This document shows, piece by piece, positions 35,017 through 42,145 of a DNA stretch of 42,145 bases. Every line of letters begins with the position of its first letter. Positions within the stretch are counted from its first letter, which is position 1. The notes under the pieces were generated by a model that was not told the origin of the DNA, did not search any database, and saw only the letters and a list, made by a program, of their open reading frames with translations. The stretch is taken from the sequence record NC_073322.1; one strand, 5' to 3'. This DNA is from Escherichia phage vB_EcoS-Ro145c2YLVW. A program made the translations under genes and the position numbers.

Positions 35017-35646
35017 TTAACCACGGCGACGACGTTCTCGGCGCGGTGCTTCATCTTCTTCGTCGTCTTCAAGGTCATTGACGCTCGCAGCAACTTTAGA
35101 GCCTCCAAACGCTTTACCTTCGCCGACGTATTTAATCGCCAGCAGGTTAACGCCGAGGACTTTGTATTTCTGGCTGAACCAGATTTCAACGCTTACGTTA
35201 GCAACGCAGCCGCTGTAAACCTGTTCGCCTTCAATCTGTTCACCGTCTACGTTGAAGTCCTGCTCTACCTGAGTCTCACCTTTTTTAGAGGTTACAATCA
35301 GCGGTTGTTTCTGTGCCTTCGCTTTGAAGTAGAAACCTTCCGGGAAGTCTTCAAAAGGATTATCACGCTCGGCAATGTCTTTAATCGCGCATTTATCCAT
35401 GTGCTTGCCTTCGCCGTAGTTTGACTTCATCCACTTCTCGGCAGCGGCGGCACCAAGTGCTTCTTCTACAACCGCATAAACGGTGTCGTACATTTCGTCG
35501 ATTTGCGCATGGTCAGACGGCAGGATGATAGTCGCGCTGTACTGGCCTTTAGTGATTGAGCCATCATCGTTTTCACGGTCTTTTTCGCGTTCGAATACGT
35601 TAACCCATGCAGTGTTTACTTTACGCAGATTTAATTTCATTCCCAT
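35017..35646 (-). CDS. single-stranded DNA-binding protein (putative)
   Basis: 209 aa, acidic stretch DLEDDEEDE near C-terminus, within replication module. Confidence 0.55.
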   Translation of the reverse strand: MGMKLNLRKVNTAWVNVFEREKDRENDDGSITKGQYSATIILPSDHAQIDEMYDTVYAVVEEALGAAAAEKWMKSNYGEGKHMDKCAIKDIAERDNPFEDFPEGFYFKAKAQKQPLIVTSKKGETQVEQDFNVDGEQIEGEQVYSGCVANVSVEIWFSQKYKVLGVNLLAIKYVGEGKAFGGSKVAASVNDLEDDEEDEAPRRERRRRG

Positions 35647-35699
35647 TTGATTTCTCGCTTTTAAGTTTACTCCGGGAAGCTGCCCGGCCAGTGATTAGA

Positions 35700-35729
35700 A
35701 CTATAATAGCTAACTATTCAGGTGTCAAC
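35700..35729 (-). promoter_or_regulatory. sigma70-like promoter, class B (TTGACA-18 nt-TATAGT)
   Basis: Consensus -35; conserved AATAGT...CTATTATAGTT spacer core. Confidence 0.5.
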
Positions 35730-35732
35730 ACT

Positions 35733-35888
35733 TTATTTAAACGTTTCTTTTGTCATACGGATAATTTTCGCCGATTCGTCCCTAATTATCATGCTGAATA
35801 CCTGGTATATGACTTTGCTCCTGCCTAGCTTCGCTCCGTTTCGATGCTGTTGTATGTAGCTTTTATGCAATTCTTGAATCGTACTCAT
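35733..35888 (-). CDS. hypothetical small protein (51 aa)
   Basis: ATG overlaps exonuclease stop (ATGA); track ORF 35733..35918 trimmed. Confidence 0.35.
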   Translation of the reverse strand: MSTIQELHKSYIQQHRNGAKLGRSKVIYQVFSMIIRDESAKIIRMTKETFK

Positions 35889-37147
35889 TCCAAATCCCCC
35901 TCTGTTACTTGATTCCACTCAGGCCGTTTATCGTCTGCCGTTGCAACGCATGGTGCTCCTGGCTTACGAGTAATGAAGTCTTTCAGTTCTTCTTCCGGCA
36001 CAACTTTAACAGCTTCGGTTGGCGTCATGAGCACTTGCTTCATTAGCGCGATGCCGTATTTGCTTGCCACTTTCTCCGCGTCTTTCCACGCGCGATTACC
36101 CGGACGACCTTCTACCAGCTTGTAACCCGGCACTTTCTTGCCAGAATGCAAAGCGGCAGCCATAGCTTTCTCAACCTTGTCGATGTGCTGGCGCAACAAC
36201 GGCAACTTCTCATACTCGGCGACGAGTTGCTCAGGTGTCAGTTCCAGTGCAAAATCGTCCTCCAGTTCTTCCGCCAGCACCGCGTTAACGGTTTTTGTAC
36301 GCGCTGCGCACTGTTCTGAGAACCGACACCACTGGCAACCATCGACCGACGGCTTGAAGTCCGACGCTTTCAGGTTCTTCTTTCCACGGAAATAGGCATC
36401 AAGGGCCCGCAGCGCTCGTTTCCGTGCGAACTTAGCGAACAGTTCCAGACCTTCAACCGAGATGTCCCACTCCGACGCGCCACCAGCATACGGCTGGAAG
36501 ATGACCAGGCGAACTACTGTGATGTTATAACGTCTCTTGAGTCGGCGATAAACACCGAGAGCGTAAAGCATAAGCTGCTTGTTTTCTTTCGCTTCAACAC
36601 GATGCCGTCCTGTTTTCAGGTCGCCTATAATGAGCATGTGCCCATCGGTGTTAGACAGCTCCTGAACGGCAACGAGGTCAGCAGTTCCGAACGTCTCAAC
36701 GCCTTCATAGCCCGGATGCAATACCTCAGTAAGATTGACGCGCATTTCCAGCTTGGCGTAAGTGGCAACGTCGATAATCGCTTTGCAGTAGTCTGTGTAC
36801 TTGCGCACCTGTTCAATCATGTCAGCCGTAATCAGTACCGCACCTTTCATCGGGCTGATTAGTGCCTTAATCTGACCTTTACCCTCATCCAGCACGTAAG
36901 CACCGACTTCACGCTCCAACGGCAGCGCAGTGCCTTTGATGTACTGGTTTAGATGTACCTCAGCTATTGTGTGCATAGCTGTGCCTAATACCGCAGATTT
37001 ACCTGACGTGTTAGGGATATCTTTTTCACAGGCCAGCGATGCGGCGCAGCTTAACCACTTTTTGGCACCTGACGGCGACAGTAAGGCGTGCACATCGTTA
37101 TTGCCGCCGCGTTCTTTTAAAATCATTCCGTACCTCCCACTGGTCAA
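35885..37147 (-). CDS. PD-(D/E)xK exonuclease, RecB/Cas4-like with Cys cluster
   Basis: GDLKTG...EAKENKQLMLYAL nuclease core and C-terminal CQWCRFSEQC cysteines. Confidence 0.7.
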   Translation of the reverse strand: MTSGRYGMILKERGGNNDVHALLSPSGAKKWLSCAASLACEKDIPNTSGKSAVLGTAMHTIAEVHLNQYIKGTALPLEREVGAYVLDEGKGQIKALISPMKGAVLITADMIEQVRKYTDYCKAIIDVATYAKLEMRVNLTEVLHPGYEGVETFGTADLVAVQELSNTDGHMLIIGDLKTGRHRVEAKENKQLMLYALGVYRRLKRRYNITVVRLVIFQPYAGGASEWDISVEGLELFAKFARKRALRALDAYFRGKKNLKASDFKPSVDGCQWCRFSEQCAARTKTVNAVLAEELEDDFALELTPEQLVAEYEKLPLLRQHIDKVEKAMAAALHSGKKVPGYKLVEGRPGNRAWKDAEKVASKYGIALMKQVLMTPTEAVKVVPEEELKDFITRKPGAPCVATADDKRPEWNQVTEGDLE

Positions 37148-37394
37148 TTAAATGCCGCGTCTGGTGCTGGCAGTGCATAGCCCACCCATACATCGACTCG
37201 AAGACATAAAAGTCAGGTTTGGCGAAGGTCGTTCGCTTAATCTGCGACACGCGGCGACCTATATCTTTAGGGCGCGGTACTTTGCCTAAGTACGCCATCT
37301 CTTCCATCCGGTGCGCACCTGACGGCGCACGCAACAGCCACAACGCCTCTGTGTTATCCCGCCTGTCGATGGCGCGGTAGAGTTGGTAAATCAT
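37098..37394 (-). CDS. hypothetical protein
   Basis: Track ORF overlapping exonuclease start. Confidence 0.4.
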   Translation of the reverse strand: MIYQLYRAIDRRDNTEALWLLRAPSGAHRMEEMAYLGKVPRPKDIGRRVSQIKRTTFAKPDFYVFESMYGWAMHCQHQTRHLIDQWEVRNDFKRTRRQ

Positions 37395-37437
37395 AATTCC
37401 GAACCTCAGTTAAAGCGGCCCGAAGGCCGCAGGATAG

Positions 37438-37938
37438 TTATTCTTCTTCGAAATATTTGTTCTTGATTGCCGTCAGGCGTTCCAGATATTCAGCCAAGTC
37501 TTCGTCTTTAATCGCCGCAATCTTCATCTTCTTACCTGTGAACTCTTCCAGCAGTTCATCGGAATCGTCGCACGCGGCATCGCTCGGACCTTCATTAATT
37601 GCATCGTCGATGGCCTGAATCTGGTCACGCAGAGACTGGTAATCGACTTCTTCCTTCCCTTCTTCCGGCTCTGGCTCTGGCTGCTCTACTTTAGCTTTAC
37701 GCGGCTTGCGTTTTGGCTTCTCTTCTTCTGCTGATTTAGTGTCGACGATGTCTTCACCTTCGACCGGGATTTCTTTTGTTGCTTCTTTTGCGCACTCGTC
37801 TACCGCTTCTTTGGTATACATTACCGTCTCTACTTCTAGTGGCGCGGCAACCCGAACAACTTGTTTCGCGCTGTTCGCAGCAATCAGTTCATGTGCAACT
37901 ACGAAACGTTCCAGTAATTTTAAGAATTGGTCTAACAT
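37438..37938 (-). CDS. highly acidic protein, first gene downstream of class B promoter
   Basis: Asp/Glu-rich (EPEPEEGKEE, DDSDELLEE); GAGAGGAGAGAAACAA leader before ATG. Confidence 0.5.
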   Translation of the reverse strand: MLDQFLKLLERFVVAHELIAANSAKQVVRVAAPLEVETVMYTKEAVDECAKEATKEIPVEGEDIVDTKSAEEEKPKRKPRKAKVEQPEPEPEEGKEEVDYQSLRDQIQAIDDAINEGPSDAACDDSDELLEEFTGKKMKIAAIKDEDLAEYLERLTAIKNKYFEEE

Positions 37939-37969
37939 TTGTTTCTCTCCTCTCGTTTGGTATGGGCTA

Positions 37970-37999
37970 ACTATAATAGCTGACTATTCATGATGTCAA
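37970..37999 (-). promoter_or_regulatory. sigma70-like promoter, class B (TTGACA-18 nt-TATAGT)
   Basis: Consensus -35, conserved spacer core; divergent from XRE gene. Confidence 0.5.
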
Positions 38000-38063
38000 T
38001 GGGCTTTTCTAAAATAATTAATATGGTACTATTCACATATCAACTGACTAAGGAGTGATTAAC

Positions 38064-38279
38064 ATGCAACCATCTGAACTAGGCATCCGTGTAGAACAGC
38101 GCCGTAAAGAACTCGGCATCTCCCAGCGCCGTCTGGCTGTCCTGACGGGAGTTTCTCAGGGCGCAATTAATCAGCTTGCACTCGGAGTAACTCAGGACGT
38201 CCGCCCGGCAACGCTGTTTAAACTGGCGGAAGTGCTGGAAGTAGACGCCAAGTGGCTGGCGTTAGGTGAAGGGGCTTAA
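38064..38279 (+). CDS. XRE-family HTH transcriptional regulator
   Basis: ELGISQRRLAVLTGVSQGAINQL helix-turn-helix; AAGGAG SD before ATG 38064. Confidence 0.7.
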   Translation: MQPSELGIRVEQRRKELGISQRRLAVLTGVSQGAINQLALGVTQDVRPATLFKLAEVLEVDAKWLALGEGA

Positions 38280-38296
38280 TGCCCCTTTCTTTTTAC
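38269..38296 (+). terminator. rho-independent terminator
   Basis: AAGGGGC-TTAAT-GCCCCTT hairpin followed by TCTTTTT. Confidence 0.55.
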
Positions 38297-40537
38297 CTAT
38301 TCCAAATCTTCCTCTGTAACTTTCAGCATCTCATTCGGTTCGTATATTGTCTTCGGCCTTAATCTGTCACCTATCTTTTCGGGTATCCGGTATGTGCCGG
38401 GGGCAACTTCACCGTTAACATCACACCCGAGCATCAACTCACCGTCTTTCAGCATCTTCTCAAGATGGTGGTTGGTGATGGCGTGGTCCCCCGAGTTCGC
38501 CACTATCTGCCGTTGGGTAAAACCTCGTCCGGTGTCGTCGGACTGTTGCAGGTCTTCCAGCGCGGCGAGTATTGATTCCTTACGCCCTTCATCCTTCCCG
38601 CGTTTTACAGCATTCTTTACGTTTTCTTTACCTTCCTTTGTCAGCCCTTCTTCCCGCTCTTTCTCCTCGTCAGTTTTGAATGGCTCGAAGCCCCACGGCA
38701 TCAACACAAGCGCCTTGTGTGGTTCCGGCAGGTCGAGGTTTACGATTGTGCCGTATTCCTCCGTGCTGCCCAGGAACTCCACCGCGCGGTACTCTTTCGG
38801 CGGTGGCGCTTCACGGAACTGTACCGACTCCAGCACCATACCAACCGTCTTCTGTTGAGGCCCGTGCTTAAATTTAGAGTGGTATACGTTTATCTGACGG
38901 TCGGTTGCGCGTTCAATTGTCAGCTCCACGTCGACACCCGCATACAGCGCCCCACTGCCACGGGCTTTCTTTCCACCCTTCGGGGTATGGTGAACAACGC
39001 CCACCGCAGCTTTGGTTGCGTCGCGTACTTCTTTCAGGATGGCAATGACTTTACCCATGCCGATTGCCGTCGATGAACTGTTCTCGTCGAACTTATCAAT
39101 CGTCAGGGCCAGGGTCTGGTTGAGGGTATCGAACGCGACCATCCCAATTGGCTCGTCACCCGCGGTTTCGCGCATCAACTTAATCAGGCTTTTCAGTTTT
39201 CCGACTTCACCCATGTCGATGACATGTACATAATCTTTACCTTCCTCGCCATATTTAGCCGCGAGTGCGTCGATGCGTGTGCGTGTAGCAGCACCACCCT
39301 CACCGTCGATATAGAAATGGTGGCAACGCTGGGTATCTGCCCCTGCAAACCGGTATCCGGCGGCGCTAAGGTACATCATCCCCAGCGTATAGAACGATTT
39401 GTACGTGCCAGATTCCCCGACGATATCCCAGATACAATCCGACGGCATGTACCCTTCAACGACGAAATCAGCCTTTACCGGTTCCGGTAACTCGTCCTCC
39501 TCTGGATCCTCGTCGTCTTCCAGGTCGTCCAGGCTGCATGAAACATATTCACGTGCACCCCATCCGATGGCCTCTGCAACTTCACTGAACGGCAGCCCGG
39601 TCGCATCGCACGCGTATTTCCACACATCTTTCGGTGGCCTGCCTTCTGTCGCCCCAATGTCGGTGTCGTGAATCATGGTTACGTTCGGCGCTTCGTACCC
39701 TTCACGTGGGAAACACAGCAGGAAGTCGTCCGGGCGTGGCGTCGGGTCGCTGTAGTTTTCTGCGTGTTCTGGTGTGGCAGGCATCTTAAGGCCGCGAGGC
39801 GTCATGATGCCGCCGTACTCAAACGCCAGCGATTCAAACGCATCTGTAAACGCGGTGCGCAGTTCTTCCGGAATCTGGTAGTCAGATGCGCTGCTTACCT
39901 CGTAATCCGGGATGCCTTCCAGTAACTCGTCAGGGTCAATCAGGTCATTGCGGCGCGCCCAGATAACGGTAGAGCCGACCGGCGGCAGGTACATAGGCTG
40001 AGACAGAGTGAACCCGCTGCGGTCGGCACCCATGCCTTTGAAGAAGTGCTCCAGCAATCCGTGACGAACGCGGATGATGTCACCACCTTCAACCGGACGC
40101 CCCAGCGGCATGACGACGCGAAAGCGCGGTGACTCATCGGTATGTGATGCCGTAGTGTAAAGGCACATAGCCTGACGGCTGCGCTTAACCAGGCACACCA
40201 CTTCCTGATACTCTTCCGGCGTTGCGCTGTCGAAGTCCAGGTACGCCAGCGACGATTTACTTACAGACGCGTCACAGCGATAAAAGAAGCCTTTGCGCGC
40301 TTGCTTAAAGTCACCGGTTTCCGGGTCTTTTACGGTGCTGTGCGTAGCGTCGCACGCGGCAGTAACATAGCCAGGTGCTGTCTTCGGGTTAATTCCGTCG
40401 CGAACGGAATCGAGTGGACGGATTAACTCTTTCAGGTCGTCCAGTGTTGCCGTGTGTGTTGTTCTGACGTTTATATCCTTTTTCTCCGCCCGCGCGTTGC
40501 GACGAGACCACGAGTAGGATAAGATTGCATCGGACAT
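38297..40537 (-). CDS. DNA primase/helicase (primase-like N-terminal region plus RecA-like P-loop ATPase)
   Basis: Walker A GESGTYKS in central domain; 746 aa; canonical position in replication module. Confidence 0.65.
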   Translation of the reverse strand: MSDAILSYSWSRRNARAEKKDINVRTTHTATLDDLKELIRPLDSVRDGINPKTAPGYVTAACDATHSTVKDPETGDFKQARKGFFYRCDASVSKSSLAYLDFDSATPEEYQEVVCLVKRSRQAMCLYTTASHTDESPRFRVVMPLGRPVEGGDIIRVRHGLLEHFFKGMGADRSGFTLSQPMYLPPVGSTVIWARRNDLIDPDELLEGIPDYEVSSASDYQIPEELRTAFTDAFESLAFEYGGIMTPRGLKMPATPEHAENYSDPTPRPDDFLLCFPREGYEAPNVTMIHDTDIGATEGRPPKDVWKYACDATGLPFSEVAEAIGWGAREYVSCSLDDLEDDEDPEEDELPEPVKADFVVEGYMPSDCIWDIVGESGTYKSFYTLGMMYLSAAGYRFAGADTQRCHHFYIDGEGGAATRTRIDALAAKYGEEGKDYVHVIDMGEVGKLKSLIKLMRETAGDEPIGMVAFDTLNQTLALTIDKFDENSSSTAIGMGKVIAILKEVRDATKAAVGVVHHTPKGGKKARGSGALYAGVDVELTIERATDRQINVYHSKFKHGPQQKTVGMVLESVQFREAPPPKEYRAVEFLGSTEEYGTIVNLDLPEPHKALVLMPWGFEPFKTDEEKEREEGLTKEGKENVKNAVKRGKDEGRKESILAALEDLQQSDDTGRGFTQRQIVANSGDHAITNHHLEKMLKDGELMLGCDVNGEVAPGTYRIPEKIGDRLRPKTIYEPNEMLKVTEEDLE

Positions 40538-40595
40538 GTTGTGTTTCCTTCAGCAAGTAATTTGGCCTCGGCGTTCACCGCGTCGGGGCTTTCTT

Positions 40596-40829
40596 TTATT
40601 CCAGGTCTTCTAAAGTAGCGGTCATTCCGCGAACTTCTGCAACAGCGCTATATTTCCCGCCAACGTTTTTTACGACACCGGATTTAACCAGCACGCGTAA
40701 CGACGCTTCAATAATGGCGGAACTATAGTACTTAAAATAACTGCGGCGCAAGTCAAGAACACTACACGACCCTTTTTTACGTGTAAGCGAAACTACCGCC
40801 GTAAATACTCGTGACTGGAACTCTGTCAT
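40596..40829 (-). CDS. hypothetical protein ending in TLEDLE
   Basis: Track ORF; shares C-terminal DLE tail with primase and exonuclease. Confidence 0.45.
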   Translation of the reverse strand: MTEFQSRVFTAVVSLTRKKGSCSVLDLRRSYFKYYSSAIIEASLRVLVKSGVVKNVGGKYSAVAEVRGMTATLEDLE

Positions 40830-40996
40830 TTCACATTCTCCTTAATCCACGCTTCCACTTTATCCGGGTCAAACGTACCTGGCTGACGGCGGCCCATAAT
40901 GCGGATACAGCAATCAGGGAACTTCCCACTCTTTAACCAGTTATTCAGCGTTCGACGAGTAACCCCGATACGCTCGGCTACCTCATTCTGCGTCAT
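40826..40996 (-). CDS. small HTH DNA-binding protein
   Basis: NEVAERIGVTRRTLNNWLK helix-turn-helix; start set to ATG 40996 with GAGGG SD (track gives TTG 41029). Confidence 0.55.
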   Translation of the reverse strand: MTQNEVAERIGVTRRTLNNWLKSGKFPDCCIRIMGRRQPGTFDPDKVEAWIKENVK

Positions 40997-41028
40997 TCTC
41001 AAACCCTCATTATCAGTTAACGAAACCA

Positions 41029-41057
41029 AGTATACATTGCGAATAATGGGAAATCAA
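41029..41057 (-). promoter_or_regulatory. sigma70-like promoter (TTGATT-17 nt-TATACT) for replication operon
   Basis: Hexamers at correct spacing about 30 nt upstream of ATG 40996. Confidence 0.4.
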
Positions 41058-41336
41058 ACATAATCTCACCTATTGACATTACGGAAATCTTCGTTTAAGG
41101 TGCTTCTATATCTTAGTTACTTTGATTCCTGTTCACCTTGTAAAACCCGCCGAAAACGAGCGCACAACGCGAAGTGTTAGGCGGCAGTTTACTGAACATT
41201 CGAATTATCGTAACTTCCCTTCCTTAGTATCTCAGTTGCCCTGGGCAAGCTCTATTCTCATCGGCAGCATATCTCTTAAGTAACTGATTTTTTTAATGTG
41301 CTGTAGATTCGCAACCGTAAAAATGTAACGATTATT

Positions 41337-41364
41337 GGGCAGGCTTAAGGCCTGCCCTTTAGTT
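41337..41364 (+). terminator. rho-independent terminator in non-coding region
   Basis: GGGCAGGC-TTAA-GCCTGCCC hairpin followed by TTTAGTT. Confidence 0.55.
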
Positions 41365-41427
41365 ACCAAGTAATAAGAATAAAGGCACATCCCTACCTGA
41401 AGAATCACAACGGCAACGAATCTTTGC

Positions 41428-41456
41428 TTGCATACCCCAATATAATAGGCTACTAT
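41428..41456 (+). promoter_or_regulatory. sigma70-like promoter, class A cassette (TTGCAT-17 nt-TACTAT)
   Basis: Near-identical to cassettes at 512, 10598, 20344. Confidence 0.5.
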
Positions 41457-41490
41457 TCACTTATCGAAACGAGACAGAGGGGTGAGGGTT

Positions 41491-41676
41491 ATGTTTAAGA
41501 AGGGTCAGTTGGTCAGGGACAAACAAACCGGCGATTTATTCGAGGTAATAGAATCGAATTTAATGTGGTTTGGTTTTGTAGAGGTTAATAGCGCGGCGGG
41601 CTACGGAAAGGGTTTACTTCGTAAGTGCGATTTAGAACTCATCGGCAACAATTTTAAATTCAAAGGGGCGAAGTGA
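41491..41676 (+). CDS. hypothetical small protein (61 aa)
   Basis: Track ORF 41482..41676 trimmed to ATG 41491; GAGACAGAGGGGTGAGGG leader. Confidence 0.45.
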   Translation: MFKKGQLVRDKQTGDLFEVIESNLMWFGFVEVNSAAGYGKGLLRKCDLELIGNNFKFKGAK

Positions 41677-41930
41677 TGGAAGAATTAATTTGTATTGAAT
41701 CTGAACCAGATGTGCAGGGTTGGTTTGTAAAAGGTAACAAGTATTCGTCTGGAGTATATTACGACGGCCGTCGATACGTTTTAGATGAAGACGGTGATGA
41801 ATGGGATTTAGAGGACGCGGTTGGAGGAACTTTAACTATTAGTTTCTTCAATGCTGTTGCCGCCTCATTCACAACGGCATCGAATCATGATGCGAGTGCC
41901 GACGACTCTGAGGGAGGTTGCCGTGAATAA
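41673..41930 (+). CDS. hypothetical acidic protein
   Basis: Track ORF coupled by ATGA overlap. Confidence 0.45.
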   Translation: MMEELICIESEPDVQGWFVKGNKYSSGVYYDGRRYVLDEDGDEWDLEDAVGGTLTISFFNAVAASFTTASNHDASADDSEGGCRE

Positions 41931-41990
41931 TTACCCGTTTATTTTAATTGTCAGCGCCGTTTATGTGGCGCACGCGTTATGGGGGTTGGT

Positions 41991-42145
41991 ATGAGAGAAG
42001 CATTTGAACGCTGGGCCGTAGTCGAGGGGCTGCCGGTTAACAAGGGTTCGAAGAAAGAGTACCTGAACGTTAAGACGCGTCTCGCGTGGCGGGCGTGGAA
42101 AGCTGGCGTTCGAACTGCGATGAATAAGGAGGTGAAACATGAGCG
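41991..42145 (+). CDS. hypothetical protein, 5' fragment running off window end
   Basis: ATG 41991, open to window end; may continue into the partial ORF at window start if the genome is circularly permuted. Confidence 0.3.
   Translation, partial: MREAFERWAVVEGLPVNKGSKKEYLNVKTRLAWRAWKAGVRTAMNKEVKHE

Noticed and set aside
38064-38279. XRE-family regulator as evidence of a lysogeny switch
   Set aside because: No integrase, excisionase-plus-attachment-site arrangement or CI-like peptidase domain is present; a lone Cro-like HTH protein is common in virulent phages
1-42145. CRISPR arrays, tRNA genes, integrase or attachment sites
   Set aside because: No spaced direct-repeat arrays; no cloverleaf candidate with a GTTCRANYC-type T-loop found by eye in intergenic regions; no tyrosine or serine recombinase-like ORF. 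A tRNA scan program would be needed to exclude tRNAs formally

Overview
The window reads as a near-complete genome of a tailed dsDNA phage (siphovirus-like), with no integrase or lysogeny module seen. Plus strand: a block of small, often Zn-ribbon ORFs (about 300-2160), a lysis cassette with two small membrane proteins and a GH24-type endolysin (2231-3270), a second block of translationally coupled small ORFs (3452-5305), then the packaging/head/tail module (terminase small and large subunits, portal, head morphogenesis protein, an embedded-overlapping spanin pair, scaffold, major capsid, tail genes, tape measure, tail-tip proteins, a beta-helix tailspike) ending near 29663. Minus strand (29692-41000): the replication/recombination module (SNF2-type helicase, VRR-NUC nuclease, family A DNA polymerase with proofreading motifs, SSB-like protein, RecB/Cas4-like exonuclease, primase/helicase, HTH regulators). 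The most notable feature is an inverted accessory island (17689-20372) inserted between the major tail protein and the tail assembly chaperones: two HNH-AP2 endonucleases, a small ORF, an HTH-fused calcineurin-like metallophosphoesterase and a small membrane protein with its own promoter. Other signals are two families of near-identical promoter cassettes, a promoter-to-terminator non-coding unit upstream of the spanins, GGAATA-repeat operator-like regions, a 51-bp direct repeat at the boundary of two tail-tip genes, and a shared C-terminal DLE tail on three replication proteins. All functional calls rest on motifs read by eye, gene order and size; no database search was possible, and coordinates of hand-called small features may be off by a few bases.
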